A stretch of 64,000 nucleotides of DNA from an uncultured Actinomycetes bacterium (GCA_963833735.1 CAWHYR010000003.1:61304-125303); one strand, 5' to 3'. Positions 1 to 11,800 are shown, counted from the first letter of the stretch. Notes: generated by a model from the letters alone, not told the origin. Translations and numbers: made by a program.

Positions 1-1928
1 GGATGGTCCAAGAGCAAGAGCGCGGCATCACCATCACCTCGGCCGCCACCACCTGCCGCTGGCGCGACACCTGGATCAACATCATCGACACCCCGGGCCA
101 CGTCGACTTCACCGTCGAGGTGGAGCGGTCGCTGCGCGTCCTCGACGGGGCGGTCGCCGTGTTCGACGCCGTGGCGGGCGTCGAGCCCCAGACCGAGACG
201 GTATGGCGCCAGGCCAACAAGTACCACGTGCCCCGCATCTGCTTCGTGAACAAGATGGACCGGATCGGCGCCGACTTCGAGCGCACGGTCGACATGATCC
301 GCGACCGCCTCGACGCCACGCCCGCCGTGGTCCAGCTCCCGATCGGGGTCGAGGGCGGCTTCAAGGGCGTCATCGACCTCCTAGAGGAGAAGGCCCTCGT
401 CTTCTCCGAGGGGATGGGCGACAAGTGGGAGGAGACTCCCGTGCCCGCCGAGTTCGAGGCGGCGGTCGAGGAGGGCCGCCACCAGCTGGTCGACGTGCTG
501 TCCAACCACGACGACACGATCATGGAGAAGTACCTGGCCGAGGAGAGGATCACGGCCGACGACCTGCGCCGGGCGCTGCGCGCCGGCACGCTTTCGAACG
601 TGGTCGTCCCGGTCCTCTGCGGCTCGGCCTTCAAGAACAAGGCCGTCCAGCCGATGCTCGACGCCGTCGTCGACTACCTGCCGAGCCCGCTCGACCTCCC
701 GCCCACCCCCGGCACCCTGCCGGGCAAGGAGGACGTGGTCGAGCGCCTGCCCGACGACGACGCCCCCTTCTCCGCCCTCGCCTTCAAGATCATGACCGAC
801 CCCTACGTGGGCAAGCTCACCTACCTGCGGGTCTACTCGGGCACGATGCGCAAGGGCGGCACGGTCCTCAACACCACGAAGGACCGCAAGGAGCGGATCG
901 GCCGCATGCTGCAGATGCACGCCAACCACCGCGAGGACCTCGACGCCATCTTCTCGGGCGACATCGTGGCGGTCGTCGGCCTCAAGTACACGACGACCGG
1001 CGACAGCCTGTCGGACCCGGCGCACCCGATCCTCTTGGAGACCCTCGAGTTCCCCGAGCCCGTCATCCACGTGGCGGTCGAGCCCAAAACCAAGGCCGAC
1101 CAGGACAAACTGTCCCGGGCCCTCTTCTCGTTGTCCGAGGAGGACCCCACCTTCCGCGTCCGCTCCGACGAGGAGACCGGCCAGACGGTCATCTCGGGCA
1201 TGGGCGAGCTCCACCTCGAGGTCCTGGTCGACCGGATGCTGCGCGAGTTCAGCGTCGACGCCAACGTCGGCAAGCCCCAGGTGGCCTACCGCGAGACCAT
1301 CCGCAAGATGGTCGAGAAGGTCCAGGGCCGCTACATCCGCCAGACCGGTGGGCGGGGCCAGTTCGGCGACGTCGTGATCAGCCTCGAGCCCACCGGCCGG
1401 GGCGGTGGCTACGAGTTCGTGGACAAGATCACGGGCGGCGTGATCCCGAAGGAGTACATCCCCTCGGTCGACGCCGGCATCCAAGAGGCGCTGACCTCGG
1501 GCGTGCTCGCCGGCTACCCCATGGTCGACGTCCGGGTGACCCTCACCTACGGCTCCTACCACGACGTCGACTCGTCCGAGATGGCCTTCAAGATCGCCGG
1601 CTCGATGGCCGTGAAGGACGCCGCCCGCAAGGCCAGCCCGGTGCTCTTGGAGCCGGTCATGGCCGTCGAGGTGGTCACCCCGGAGGACTACCTGGGCGAC
1701 GTGATCGGCGACCTGTCCTCCCGGCGCGGTCAGGTCGAGGGCATGGAGCAGCGGGGGAACAACCACGTGGTCAAGGCCCAGGTTCCGCTGGCGGACATGT
1801 TCGGCTACGCTACCGACCTGCGTTCGCGCACGCAGGGCCGCGCGACGTACAGCATGCAGTTCGACTCCTATAACGAGGTCCCCGAGGCGATCGCCAAGGA
1901 GATCATCGCTCGGGCCCGGGGGGAGTAG
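1..1928 (+). CDS. fusA: elongation factor G, 5' end cut by window edge
   Basis: ORF 3..1928. The translation starts inside the G domain ([23 protein letters not shown]) and is EF-G-like along its full length, down to the C terminus. Confidence 0.97.
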   Translation, partial: MVQEQERGITITSAATTCRWRDTWINIIDTPGHVDFTVEVERSLRVLDGAVAVFDAVAGVEPQTETVWRQANKYHVPRICFVNKMDRIGADFERTVDMIRDRLDATPAVVQLPIGVEGGFKGVIDLLEEKALVFSEGMGDKWEETPVPAEFEAAVEEGRHQLVDVLSNHDDTIMEKYLAEERITADDLRRALRAGTLSNVVVPVLCGSAFKNKAVQPMLDAVVDYLPSPLDLPPTPGTLPGKEDVVERLPDDDAPFSALAFKIMTDPYVGKLTYLRVYSGTMRKGGTVLNTTKDRKERIGRMLQMHANHREDLDAIFSGDIVAVVGLKYTTTGDSLSDPAHPILLETLEFPEPVIHVAVEPKTKADQDKLSRALFSLSEEDPTFRVRSDEETGQTVISGMGELHLEVLVDRMLREFSVDANVGKPQVAYRETIRKMVEKVQGRYIRQTGGRGQFGDVVISLEPTGRGGGYEFVDKITGGVIPKEYIPSVDAGIQEALTSGVLAGYPMVDVRVTLTYGSYHDVDSSEMAFKIAGSMAVKDAARKASPVLLEPVMAVEVVTPEDYLGDVIGDLSSRRGQVEGMEQRGNNHVVKAQVPLADMFGYATDLRSRTQGRATYSMQFDSYNEVPEAIAKEIIARARGE

Positions 1929-2068
1929 GCAGGGCCGGTTCTCCCGGCCACTGCCAGCAGGACCCCGCCGGGCCGAGGCGCCCAGCGGCGCAGCACGGAA
2001 CCAGGCGGCACACCGCCGTGGCGAGCCCGAGCAGGGTTCGCCCGAGATCAGGGAGTAGCACTCCAGCT

Positions 2069-3256
2069 ATGGCCAAGAAGAAGTTCGAGCGCACCAAGCC
2101 CCACCTGAACGTCGGGACCATGGGTCACATCGACCATGGCAAGACGACGCTGACGGCTGCCATCACGAAGGTCCTCTCCGAGTCCAACCCCAACACCGCC
2201 TTCACGCCGTTCGACCAGATCGACAAGGCCCCCGAGGAGAAGCAGCGGGGCATCACGATCACGATCGCCCACGTCGAGTACGAGACGCCCAACCGGCACT
2301 ACGCGCACGTCGACATGCCGGGCCACGCCGACTACATCAAGAACATGATCACCGGCGCCGCCCAGGTGGACGGCGCCATCCTGGTCGTCTCCGCCGCCGA
2401 CGGCCCGATGCCCCAGACCCGTGAGCACGTGCTGCTCGCCCGCCAGGTGGGCGTGCCCTCGATCGTGGTCGCCCTCAACAAGGCCGACACGGTCGACGAC
2501 GAGGAGCTCTTGGACCTCGTCGAGCTCGAGGTCCGCGAGCTGCTCAACGACTTCGAGTTCCCGGGCGACGACACCCCGGTCATCCGGGTCAGCGCCCTCA
2601 AGGCGCTCGAGGGCGACCCGGAGTGGTCGGCCAAGATCACCGAGCTCATGGATGCGGTCGACACCTTCATCCCCGAGCCGCCCCGCGAGGTCGACAAGCC
2701 CTTCTTGATGCCCATCGAGGACGTCATGTCCATCACCGGCCGCGGCACCGTCGTCACCGGCAAGATCGAGCAGGGCAAGGTCCACGTCGGCGACTCGGTG
2801 GAGATCGTCGGACTGCGCGACACCCAGACGTCGGTCGTGACCGGCGTCGAGATGTTCCGCCGGCTGCTCGACGAGGGCCAGGCCGGCGACAACATCGGCG
2901 CCCTGCTCCGGGGCACGAAGAAGGAAGACGTCGAGCGCGGCCAGGTGCTGTGCAAGCCGGGTTCGATCACCCCGCACACGAACTTCGAGGCCAACGTCTA
3001 CGTGCTGAAGAAGGAGGAGGGCGGCCGCCACAAGCCGTTCTTCACCAACTACCGGCCCCAGTTCTATTTCCAGGTCACCGACGTGACGGGCTCCATCTCC
3101 CTGCCCGAGGGCACGGAGATGGTCATGCCGGGCGACAACACGGAGATGACGGTCGAGCTGGGCAAGCCGATCGCCATGGTCGAGGGCCTGCGCTTCGCCA
3201 TCCGCGAGGGTGGCCGCACGGTCGCCTCCGGTTACGTCACCAAGATCCTCAAGTAG
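2069..3256 (+). CDS. tuf: elongation factor Tu
   Basis: Internal ATG of ORF 2018..3256 gives [27 protein letters not shown]. Full-length EF-Tu follows, including DMPGHADY and NKAD motifs. Confidence 0.97.
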   Translation: MAKKKFERTKPHLNVGTMGHIDHGKTTLTAAITKVLSESNPNTAFTPFDQIDKAPEEKQRGITITIAHVEYETPNRHYAHVDMPGHADYIKNMITGAAQVDGAILVVSAADGPMPQTREHVLLARQVGVPSIVVALNKADTVDDEELLDLVELEVRELLNDFEFPGDDTPVIRVSALKALEGDPEWSAKITELMDAVDTFIPEPPREVDKPFLMPIEDVMSITGRGTVVTGKIEQGKVHVGDSVEIVGLRDTQTSVVTGVEMFRRLLDEGQAGDNIGALLRGTKKEDVERGQVLCKPGSITPHTNFEANVYVLKKEEGGRHKPFFTNYRPQFYFQVTDVTGSISLPEGTEMVMPGDNTEMTVELGKPIAMVEGLRFAIREGGRTVASGYVTKILK

Positions 3257-3287
3257 CCGAGACCCGGCCGGAAGCGAGTACACGAGC

Positions 3288-3614
3288 ATGGCTGACGGCC
3301 CGAAGCAGAAGATCCGGATCCGCCTGAAGGCGTACGACCACGAGATCCTCGACCAGTCGACCGAGAAGATCGTCCAGACAGTGCTGCGGACCCAGGCCAA
3401 GGTGCAGGGCCCGGTGCCGCTGCCGACCGACAAGCACCGCTACACGGTGATCCGCTCCCCGCACAAGTACAAGGACAGCCGGGAACACTTCGAGATGCGG
3501 GTGCACAAGCGCCTGGTCGACATCGTCGAGCACACCCCGAAGACGGTCGACTCCCTGCAGCGCCTGGACCTGCCGGCCGGCGTCGACATCGAGATCAAGA
3601 TCCAGAACGCCTAG
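3288..3614 (+). CDS. rpsJ: 30S ribosomal protein S10
   Basis: ATG at 3288 within ORF 3210..3614. [24 protein letters not shown] is a typical S10 N terminus. Confidence 0.95.
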   Translation: MADGPKQKIRIRLKAYDHEILDQSTEKIVQTVLRTQAKVQGPVPLPTDKHRYTVIRSPHKYKDSREHFEMRVHKRLVDIVEHTPKTVDSLQRLDLPAGVDIEIKIQNA

Positions 3615-3899
3615 GCGCGAGCCTTCGCCCCGGTCCGCCGGCCAACTCCCCCTGGCACCTGGGAGACGGCTTGGTGTACCCTTATAGGTCGGCCTGCTGT
3701 TGGTCCGACGAGCCAGCGGCTCCTGTCGCCGGTTCCAGTAGATGTGCCCGAATGCCCGGCGCCTGTGTGCGGGGAACCTCGGGTCCAAAACAGTCGAGCC
3801 GCTCCGCTCGGGGAAATCCGGGCGGAGCGTTGGCGTGTACGTAGGGCGTCGCCGTGAGCGCATGGCGTCCCGGCGAATGCTCAAAGAGAGGCGCAGCGC

Positions 3900-4556
3900 G
3901 TGGCTACCAAGGCCATCGTCGGCGAAAAAGTCGGCATGACCCAGATCTGGGACGAGCAGCACCGGGCCATCCCGGTGACTGTCCTGCGCGTCTCGCCCGT
4001 GCGCGTCGTCCAGGTGAAGACCCCCGAGCGTGAGGGCTACTCGGCCCTGCAGGTGACGTGGGGCTTCCGCCGGACGAGCACGCTGAACAAGCCCATCCTC
4101 GGCCACTACGAGAAGGCCGGGGTGGACCCCGGCCGACGGCTGGTCGAACTGCGGATCGACGACATCAGCAGCTACGAGGTGGGCCAGCAGCTGGCGGCCG
4201 ACCTGTGGAGCCCCGGCGAGCGGGTCGACGCCATCTCGGTCTCCAAGGGCAAGGGCTTCGCCGGGGCCATGAAGCGCCACAACTTCAAGGGCCAGGGCGC
4301 CGCCCACGGCAACCACAAGCACCACCGGGCCCCCGGCTCGGTCGGCGCCTGCGCCACCCCTTCTCGCGTCTTCAAGGGGACCCGGATGGCCGGCCGCATG
4401 GGCGGGCGCCAGGTCACCGCCCTCAATCTCACGATCGTGTCGGCCGACCCCGAGCGCGAGCTCGTGCTGGTCAAGGGCAACGTGCCCGGGCCCCGGGGGG
4501 CCATGGTCGTGCTGCGTGACACCGTGAAGACCCCGACCCCGAAGGGCCGGCGATGA
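3900..4556 (+). CDS. rplC: 50S ribosomal protein L3
   Basis: ORF 3900..4556 with GTG start. ATKAIVGEKVGMTQIWDE is L3-like. Confidence 0.93.
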   Translation: MATKAIVGEKVGMTQIWDEQHRAIPVTVLRVSPVRVVQVKTPEREGYSALQVTWGFRRTSTLNKPILGHYEKAGVDPGRRLVELRIDDISSYEVGQQLAADLWSPGERVDAISVSKGKGFAGAMKRHNFKGQGAAHGNHKHHRAPGSVGACATPSRVFKGTRMAGRMGGRQVTALNLTIVSADPERELVLVKGNVPGPRGAMVVLRDTVKTPTPKGRR

Positions 4557-5284
4557 CGACGACCGAGACCCATCGCCCGCTGCGGGGCCCGGTCAAGAAG
4601 GACCGCCCCGAGCCGACCGCCCGCTCGATCACGCGGCGCGACGTGAGCGGCGCGGCCCTCTCCGAGGTCGACCTCGAGCCCACCATCTTCGGGATTGTGC
4701 CCAACGTCTCGGTCATGCACCAGGTGGTCACCGCCCAGCTGGCGGCGGCCCGGGCCGGCACCCAGTCGACCAAGACCCGGGCCGAGGTCCGCGGCGGCGG
4801 CGCCAAGCCCTACCGTCAGAAGGGCACCGGCCGCGCCCGCCAGGGCTCCACCCGGGCCCCGCACTTCTCGGGCGGCGGCGTCGCCCTCGGACCCAAGCCC
4901 CGCAGCTACCGCCAGCACACCCCGAAGAAGATGGTGCGCCTGGCCCTGCGCTCGGCCCTCTCGGACCGCGCCGCCAACGACAAGGTCGCCCTCGTCGACC
5001 GCTGGAGCTGGGAGGTGCCGCGCACGAAGGACGCCATCGCGGCCCTGGGCGCCCTCGGGGTCTCGGGCAAGGTGCTCGTCGTGGTCACCCGCGACGACGC
5101 CATCGCCGAGCGCTCCTTCGACAACCTCCAGGAGATCCAGACGGTGCTCGTCGACGAGCTGGCCGCCCACGACGTGTTGCGCAACGAGTGGATCGTCTTC
5201 AGCGACGCCACCCTGCCCGGCGCGGCCCGCGACGACCAGGACGAGGCCGACGCCGACGAAGCGGAGGACGGCGCCGATGCGTGA
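4553..5284 (+). CDS. rplD: 50S ribosomal protein L4 (short N-terminal extension, acidic C-terminal tail)
   Basis: ORF 4553..5284. ATGA overlap with the rplC stop. Contains KPYRQKGTGRARQGS. Confidence 0.9.
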   Translation: MTTTETHRPLRGPVKKDRPEPTARSITRRDVSGAALSEVDLEPTIFGIVPNVSVMHQVVTAQLAAARAGTQSTKTRAEVRGGGAKPYRQKGTGRARQGSTRAPHFSGGGVALGPKPRSYRQHTPKKMVRLALRSALSDRAANDKVALVDRWSWEVPRTKDAIAALGALGVSGKVLVVVTRDDAIAERSFDNLQEIQTVLVDELAAHDVLRNEWIVFSDATLPGAARDDQDEADADEAEDGADA

Positions 5285-5567
5285 GGCCACCTCGATCCTG
5301 ATCCGGCCGGTGATCTCCGAGAAGACCTACCGGCTGATGGACGACGACGTGTATGTCTTCGTCGTCGACAAGCACGCCAACAAGATCGACATCCGACGCG
5401 CCGTCGAGCAGGTCTTCGGGGTGCGCGTGCTGAACGTGAACACGCTCAACCGCAAGGGCAAGACCACCCGCAACCGCCGCACCAACACCGCCGGGCACCG
5501 GCCGGACCAGAAGCGGGCCATCGTGACCCTCCACGCCGGCGACAAGATCGACCTCTTCGAGAGCTGA
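5277..5567 (+). CDS. rplW: 50S ribosomal protein L23
   Basis: ATG at 5277, in frame with ORF 4695..5567. [18 protein letters not shown] is L23-like. Position in the S10 operon fits. Confidence 0.9.
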   Translation: MREATSILIRPVISEKTYRLMDDDVYVFVVDKHANKIDIRRAVEQVFGVRVLNVNTLNRKGKTTRNRRTNTAGHRPDQKRAIVTLHAGDKIDLFES

Positions 5568-5572
5568 GCCAG

Positions 5573-6409
5573 ATGCCCCTTCGCTCACGCCGCCCCACCA
5601 GCCCCGGCCGCCGCTTCCAGACGGTCTCGGACTTCTCCGAGATCACCCGCGATCGCCCGGAGCGCTCCCTCCTCGCCCCGCGCCCGGGGACCGGTGGCCG
5701 CAACAACCTGGGCCGCAAGACCGCCCGCCACCGCGGGGGTGGGCACAAGCGCCAGTACCGGATCGTTGACTTCCGCCGGGACAAGGACGGTGTGCCCGCC
5801 ACGGTGGCCGCCATCGAGTACGACCCGAACCGCAACGCGCGGATCGCCCTCCTGCACTACGCGGACGGCGAGAAGCGCTACATCCTGGCCCCGGCCCAGG
5901 TGCGCGTCGGCGACAAGGTGCAGAGCGGCCAGGGCGCCGAGATCCGCCCGGGCAACTCGCTCCCGCTGCGCTACATCCCCGTCGGCTCGGTCATCCACTG
6001 CGTCGAGCTGCGCCCCGGCGGCGGCGGCAAGATGGCCCGCGGGGCCGGCATGAGCGTCCAGCTGGTGGCCAAGGAGGGCGACTTCGCCACCCTGCGGCTG
6101 CCCTCGACCGAGATGCGCCGCGTCTCCATCGACTGCCGCGGCACTCTCGGAGTCGTCGGCAACGCCGAGGCCGAGCTGATCAAGATCGGCAAGGCCGGCC
6201 GCAACCGCTGGAAGGGCAAGCGCCCCCAGACCCGCGGCGTCGCCATGAACCCGGTCGACCACCCGCTCGGCGGTGGCGAGGGCAAGTCCTCCGGCGGACG
6301 CCATCCCGTGTCGCCGTGGGGCAAGCCGGAGGGTCGCACCCGTTCGCGCCACAAGGAGTCCGACAAGATGATCGTGCGTCGGCGCCGGACCCGCGGGGCC
6401 CGGCGGTAG
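5573..6409 (+). CDS. rplB: 50S ribosomal protein L2
   Basis: ORF 5573..6409. Contains [15 protein letters not shown] and [12 protein letters not shown]. Confidence 0.95.
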   Translation: MPLRSRRPTSPGRRFQTVSDFSEITRDRPERSLLAPRPGTGGRNNLGRKTARHRGGGHKRQYRIVDFRRDKDGVPATVAAIEYDPNRNARIALLHYADGEKRYILAPAQVRVGDKVQSGQGAEIRPGNSLPLRYIPVGSVIHCVELRPGGGGKMARGAGMSVQLVAKEGDFATLRLPSTEMRRVSIDCRGTLGVVGNAEAELIKIGKAGRNRWKGKRPQTRGVAMNPVDHPLGGGEGKSSGGRHPVSPWGKPEGRTRSRHKESDKMIVRRRRTRGARR

Positions 6410-6418
6410 GAGGATGAC

Positions 6419-6697
6419 GTGCCCCGCAGTCTGAAAAAGGGTCCTTTCGTCGACGACCACCTGTTGAAGAAGGTGGACGTCTTGAACGCCAGTGGCGAGA
6501 AGCGGGTCATCAAGACCTGGTCCCGCCGGTCGACGATCATCCCCGACATGGTCGGGCACACGATCGCGGTCCACGATGGCCGCCGGCACGTGCCGGTGTA
6601 CGTGACCGAGTCCATGGTCGGCCACAAGCTGGGCGAGTTCGCCCCCACCCGCACCTTCCGGTTCCACGCCGGCCAAGAGCGTTCGGCGAGGCGCTGA
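6419..6697 (+). CDS. rpsS: 30S ribosomal protein S19
   Basis: ORF 6419..6697. [17 protein letters not shown]. Confidence 0.95.
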   Translation: MPRSLKKGPFVDDHLLKKVDVLNASGEKRVIKTWSRRSTIIPDMVGHTIAVHDGRRHVPVYVTESMVGHKLGEFAPTRTFRFHAGQERSARR

Positions 6698-6698
6698 C

Positions 6699-7424
6699 GT
6701 GCCCGGATTGAAGACCAACGAGCGGCCGGGGACCCGAGCGGTGCTGCGCCACGAGCGCAGCTCGGCCAGCAAGGCCCGCCAGGTCCTCGACCTCATCCGG
6801 GGCCAGGACGCGGACCGCGCCGCCCAGATCCTGCGCGGCACCGAGCGGGCCGTCGCGTTCACGATCGCCAAGCTGCTCGCCTCCGCCGTGGCCAACGCGG
6901 TCCACAACGACGGTCTCGACGCAGACGAGCTCTACGTCTCGGCCTGTTACGCGGACGAGGCCAATACGCTCAAGCGCTGGCGGCCGCGGGCACGGGGCCG
7001 GGCCACGCGCATCCGCAAGCGCAGCTGTCACATCACGATCATCGTCAGCCGCCTGCCCGATGAGCGCCTGGCGCGCGAGCGCGCCGAGCGCGACGTCACC
7101 ACCGGGCGCCGCTCGCGCCGGGTGAGCGAGTCGCGGCGCCGGGCCGACCTGTCCGGTCGCCTGTCGCGCCGTCGGGTCGCCCACGAGGCGGCCGCCGAGG
7201 CGGCGGCCGCGGCCGACGTGGAAGAAGAGCTGGTCGAGGAGCTGGAAGAGGACGAGGGGCTGGACGCCACCGACGAGTTCACGGACTTCGACGAGGACGA
7301 GGACGCCGGGGACGACATCGAGGACGCCGGGGACGACATTGAGGACGCCGACGAGGACGACACGGACGAGGAGGCGACGGACGAGGACGCATCCGACGCC
7401 GACGCCGAGGAGAGGGACGAGTAG
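6699..7424 (+). CDS. rplV: 50S ribosomal protein L22 with about 120-aa Arg-rich then poly-acidic C-terminal extension
   Basis: ORF 6699..7424. The L22 core occupies aa 1-120 (ARQVLDLIRG, ITIIVS). The tail from 7059 onward is low complexity. Confidence 0.9.
   Translation: MPGLKTNERPGTRAVLRHERSSASKARQVLDLIRGQDADRAAQILRGTERAVAFTIAKLLASAVANAVHNDGLDADELYVSACYADEANTLKRWRPRARGRATRIRKRSCHITIIVSRLPDERLARERAERDVTTGRRSRRVSESRRRADLSGRLSRRRVAHEAAAEAAAAADVEEELVEELEEDEGLDATDEFTDFDEDEDAGDDIEDAGDDIEDADEDDTDEEATDEDASDADAEERDE
7302..7343 (+). repeat. in-frame 21-nt tandem duplication (DAGDDIE x2) in the rplV tail
   Basis: aa 202-215 of ORF 6699..7424 read DAGDDIEDAGDDIE. Confidence 0.85.
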
Positions 7425-8465
<1,041 letters not shown>

Positions 8466-8466
8466 C

Positions 8467-8904
8467 ATGCTGATGCCCCGCAAGGTCCGTCACCGCAAGC
8501 AGCAGCGCGGGCGCCTGTCCGGCGCGTCCAAGGGCGGCACGACGGTCAACTTCGGGGACTTCGGGATCCAGGCCCTCGAGCCCGGGTGGATCACCGCCCG
8601 ACAGATCGAAGCCGCTCGAATCGCCATGACCCGTCACGTGAAGCGTGGTGGCAAGGTGTGGATCCGGATCTTCCCCGACAAGCCGGTGACCCAGAAGCCC
8701 GCCGAGACCCGCATGGGTTCGGGCAAGGGCAACCCCGAGCACTGGGTGGCGGTCGTCCGCCCCGGCCGGGTCCTCTTCGAGCTCGCCGGTGTGGAACGCC
8801 AGCTGGCCCAGGAGGCCATGGAGCGCGCCATCCAGAAGCTGCCCATCAAGGCCCGCTTCGTGGTGCGCCCCGGCACCCACGGCACGGCCGAGGTGCAGGT
8901 CTGA
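8467..8904 (+). CDS. rplP: 50S ribosomal protein L16
   Basis: ATG at 8467, in frame with ORF 8086..8904. [15 protein letters not shown]. Confidence 0.93.
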   Translation: MLMPRKVRHRKQQRGRLSGASKGGTTVNFGDFGIQALEPGWITARQIEAARIAMTRHVKRGGKVWIRIFPDKPVTQKPAETRMGSGKGNPEHWVAVVRPGRVLFELAGVERQLAQEAMERAIQKLPIKARFVVRPGTHGTAEVQV

Positions 8905-9239
8905 TGACCAAGGTTGGCGAGTTTGCGGCGCTCGATCCCGACGAGCTGGAGACCCGGCTCGAAGAGTCGCGGCGCGAGTTGCTGAACCTACGGTTCCAGC
9001 TGGCCACCGGCCAGCTGGACAACTCGGCCCGGATCGGCCTGATCCGGCGTGACGTGGCGCGGATCTTGACGGTGCTTCGGGAGCGTGAGATCTCCGAGGC
9101 CGAGGGGACCGAGCTGCCGTTCCACGCGGTACCGACGGAGCGGCCCCGACGTGCTCGGGCCGCTCTCGACGAGGTCGAGGTCGAGGAGTTCGTCGACTCC
9201 GACGAGGAGCCCGACGACGAAGTGGACGAGGAATCCTGA
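8904..9239 (+). CDS. rpmC: 50S ribosomal protein L29 with about 45-aa acidic C-terminal extension
   Basis: ATG at 8904, in frame with ORF 8586..9239, overlapping the rplP stop by 1 nt. [25 protein letters not shown]. Confidence 0.85.
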   Translation: MTKVGEFAALDPDELETRLEESRRELLNLRFQLATGQLDNSARIGLIRRDVARILTVLREREISEAEGTELPFHAVPTERPRRARAALDEVEVEEFVDSDEEPDDEVDEES

Positions 9240-9517
9240 TGGCTGACGAAGCGACAACCGAGGCGAGGCCGAACCGGCGCAAGGTGCGCGAGGGCGTCGT
9301 CGTCTCCGACTCGATGCAGGCGACCGTGATCGTGGCCGTCGTCGAGCGGGTCCGACACCCCCGCTACGGCAAGACGGTGCAGCGGACCAAGCGCCTCTAC
9401 GTCCACGACGCCGAGGGGACCGCCAAGGTGGGCGACCGCGTCCGCGTGGTCGAGACTCGGCCGCTGTCCAAGCTGAAGCACTGGCGCCTGGCCGAAGTGA
9501 CGGAGCGCGCCCGATGA
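9239..9517 (+). CDS. rpsQ: 30S ribosomal protein S17
   Basis: ORF 9239..9517. [29 protein letters not shown]. Confidence 0.9.
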   Translation: MADEATTEARPNRRKVREGVVVSDSMQATVIVAVVERVRHPRYGKTVQRTKRLYVHDAEGTAKVGDRVRVVETRPLSKLKHWRLAEVTERAR

Positions 9518-9882
9518 TCCAGCAAGAGTCCCGCCTGCGTGTCGCCGACAACTCCGGTGCCCGCGAGGTCCTGTGCATCCGGGTCCTCGGCGGCTCGCGC
9601 CGTCGCTACGCCAGCATCGGCGACATCTTCGTCGCCACGGTGAAGGACGCCATCCCCGGTGCCAGCGTGAAGAAGGGCGAGGTCGTGAAATGCGTCGTCG
9701 TCCGGACGAAGAAGGAGAAGCGCCGTCCTGACGGCAGCTACATCCGCTTCGACGAGAACGCCGCCGTGCTCATCAATGACCAGCAGCAGCCGCGCGGGAC
9801 CCGCATCTTCGGCCCGGTCGGCCGCGAGCTGCGCGACAAGCGCTTCATGCGGATCGTCTCGCTCGCCCCGGAGGTGTTGTGA
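9514..9882 (+). CDS. rplN: 50S ribosomal protein L14
   Basis: ORF 9514..9882. [19 protein letters not shown]. Confidence 0.95.
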   Translation: MIQQESRLRVADNSGAREVLCIRVLGGSRRRYASIGDIFVATVKDAIPGASVKKGEVVKCVVVRTKKEKRRPDGSYIRFDENAAVLINDQQQPRGTRIFGPVGRELRDKRFMRIVSLAPEVL

Positions 9883-10190
9883 TGCGCATCCGCAAAGGCG
9901 ACACCGTCATCGTGCGTTCCGGCAAGTACAAGGGGCACCGCTCCGACGTCGTGCGCACCATCCCCTCCACGGACAAGGTCGTCGTTGAGGGCGTCAATGT
10001 GGCCAAGCGCAGCACCAAGCCGCGGCGCGCCACGATGCAGGGCGGCATCATCGACAAGTTCATGCCTCTCCCGGCGGCCACCGTTTCGCTGTGGTGCAAC
10101 GCCCATGGCGGGGCTGCGCGGTTGGGAGTCGAGTTCGACGAGCAGGGTCGCAAGACCCGCGTCTGTCGGAAGTGCGGAGCGGAGCTGTGA
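9879..10190 (+). CDS. rplX: 50S ribosomal protein L24
   Basis: ORF 9879..10190. The KOW motif [15 protein letters not shown] is present. Confidence 0.9.
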   Translation: MMRIRKGDTVIVRSGKYKGHRSDVVRTIPSTDKVVVEGVNVAKRSTKPRRATMQGGIIDKFMPLPAATVSLWCNAHGGAARLGVEFDEQGRKTRVCRKCGAEL

Positions 10191-11191
10191 GCGAAGAAGA
10201 GACCGCCGAAGAAGCGGCGGCTCCGGTCAAGAAGGCCGCGGTGAAGAAGACAGCGGTGAAGAAGGCCGCCGCCACTGCCGACGCGCCCGCGAAGAAGGCG
10301 CCCGCGAAGAAGGCAGCGGCTCCGGCGAAGAAGGTGGTCGCCAAGAAGGCGGCTGCTCCGAAGGCCGCCGAGCCCGTGGCCGAGACGCCTGCTGAACTCG
10401 ACACGCCTGTCGCCGAGGCCCCTGCCGCCGAGGCCCCCGCTGCCGAAGTTCCCACCGCCGAGGCCCCTGCCGCCGAAGCCCCTGCTGCCGAAACTGCGGA
10501 GTCCGAGGCCCCTGCCGCCCAGGCCCCTGCTGCCGAAACTGCGGAGTCCGAGGCCCCGGCTGCGAAAGCCCCTGCCGAGTCGAAGAACGGCTCGGCGGCA
10601 CCGGCCAAAGCCAACGGCCGTGGTGCGCCGCCCGCCGGGAGCCGGCCGCGCCTCAAGGAGCGCTACCTGGGTGAGTACCGCGCCCAGCTGCAGAGCGACC
10701 TCGGGCTGCGCAACGTCATGGAGGTGCCCGGACTCGAGAAGATCGTGATCAACATGGGCGTCGGGCGTGCCACCCAGCAGCAGTCGCTCATCGAGGGTGC
10801 CCAGCGAGACCTCCAGGTGATCACCGGTCAGAAGCCCATCGTGACCCGGGCGAAGAAGTCGATCGCCGGATTCAAGCTGCGCGAGGGCCAGGCCATCGGC
10901 GTGAAGGTCACGCTGCGGGGGGATCGCGCCTGGGAGTTCTTCGACCGCCTGGTCAGTCTGGCCATCCCGAGGATCCGCGACTTCCGCGGGTTGTCGCCTC
11001 GCTCCTTTGACGGGCGGGGCAACTACACCTTCGGCGTCGTCGAGCAGCTGATCTTCCCCGAGATCGACTACGACCGCATCGACACGATCCGGGGCATGGA
11101 CATCACGATCGTTACAACCGCCCACACCGACGAGCACGGCCGTGCGCTCCTGCGCGCGTTCGGCTTTCCGTTCCGACAGGAGACCCGGTAG
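10187..11191 (+). CDS. rplE: 50S ribosomal protein L5 with Ala/Lys/Pro/Glu-rich N-terminal extension (start uncertain: GTG 10187 or GTG 10376)
   Basis: The conserved L5 core (PRLKERY...[18 protein letters not shown]) begins at about 10646, in frame with ORF 10091..11191. No ATG, GTG or TTG lies in frame between 10376 and the core. GTG 10187 overlaps the rplX stop (GTGA). Confidence 0.85.
   Translation: MSEEETAEEAAAPVKKAAVKKTAVKKAAATADAPAKKAPAKKAAAPAKKVVAKKAAAPKAAEPVAETPAELDTPVAEAPAAEAPAAEVPTAEAPAAEAPAAETAESEAPAAQAPAAETAESEAPAAKAPAESKNGSAAPAKANGRGAPPAGSRPRLKERYLGEYRAQLQSDLGLRNVMEVPGLEKIVINMGVGRATQQQSLIEGAQRDLQVITGQKPIVTRAKKSIAGFKLREGQAIGVKVTLRGDRAWEFFDRLVSLAIPRIRDFRGLSPRSFDGRGNYTFGVVEQLIFPEIDYDRIDTIRGMDITIVTTAHTDEHGRALLRAFGFPFRQETR
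10478..10567 (+). repeat. in-frame 45-nt tandem duplication ([16 protein letters not shown] x2) in the rplE extension
   Basis: aa 130-159 of ORF 10091..11191. The same 35-nt string is seen twice, 45 nt apart. Confidence 0.85.
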
Positions 11192-11196
11192 TCGTT

Positions 11197-11382
11197 ATGG
11201 CAAAGAAGGCCTTGGTCCAAAAGCAACAGAAAGTCCCGAAGTTCAAGGTCCGGGGGTATACCCGGTGCCAACGATGCGGCCGGCCGAAGGCCGTGTTCCG
11301 CAAGTTCGGGCTGTGCCGGATCTGCCTCCGCACGATGGTGCACGCCGGAGAGATCCCCGGCGTGACGAAGTCGAGCTGGTGA
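11197..11382 (+). CDS. rpsN: 30S ribosomal protein S14 type Z (zinc-binding)
   Basis: ORF 11197..11382, 61 aa, with CQRC...CRIC cysteine pairs. Confidence 0.93.
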   Translation: MAKKALVQKQQKVPKFKVRGYTRCQRCGRPKAVFRKFGLCRICLRTMVHAGEIPGVTKSSW

Positions 11383-11395
11383 TGGAGGCGACCCG

Positions 11396-11800
11396 ATGAC
11401 GATGACCGACCCGATCGCCGACATGCTCACCCGCATCCGGAACGCGAACTCGGCCCAGTTCGAGACCGTCAAGATGCCGAGCTCGAAGCTGAAGGAGGCC
11501 CTGGCCGCCATCTTGGAACGCGAGGGCTTCATCGCCGGCTTTGCCATCGAGAAGAACGCTGACCGGCCGGCGCCAACCCTCGAAATAACCATGAAGTACG
11601 CTGCGGATCGCACGCGGACGATCTCGGGGATCAAGCGGGTGTCGAAGCCTGGTCTTCGCATCTACGCACGGGCGGATCGGATCCCCCGGGTCCTCGGCGG
11701 AATCGGCGTCGCCATCGTGTCGACCAGCCACGGGCTGATGACCGATCGCGAAGCGCGCAAGCGACACCTTGGTGGAGAGGTCCTCTGTTATGTCTGGTAA
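11396..11800 (+). CDS. rpsH: 30S ribosomal protein S8
   Basis: ORF 11396..11800. [13 protein letters not shown]. Confidence 0.93.
   Translation: MTMTDPIADMLTRIRNANSAQFETVKMPSSKLKEALAAILEREGFIAGFAIEKNADRPAPTLEITMKYAADRTRTISGIKRVSKPGLRIYARADRIPRVLGGIGVAIVSTSHGLMTDREARKRHLGGEVLCYVW

Noticed and set aside
381-1766. Long antisense or alternate-frame ORFs over fusA and tuf (for example 203..1873 +, 381..1766 -, 2048..3433 -).
   Set aside because: They are Arg/Gly/Pro/Ala-rich translations typical of off-frame ORFs in high-GC DNA, and they overlap unmistakable conserved genes.
1929-2068. tRNA or small RNA genes in the larger spacers (fusA-tuf, map-infA, sucD-purN, sdhC-AAA).
   Set aside because: I could not recognise a cloverleaf-compatible sequence or conserved tRNA boxes by eye. 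The absence is not proven without tRNAscan or Infernal.
3742-3939. 65-aa ORF inside the rpsJ-rplC spacer.
   Set aside because: It is Arg-rich, has no Shine-Dalgarno sequence, overlaps the rplC start, and does not resemble a protein.
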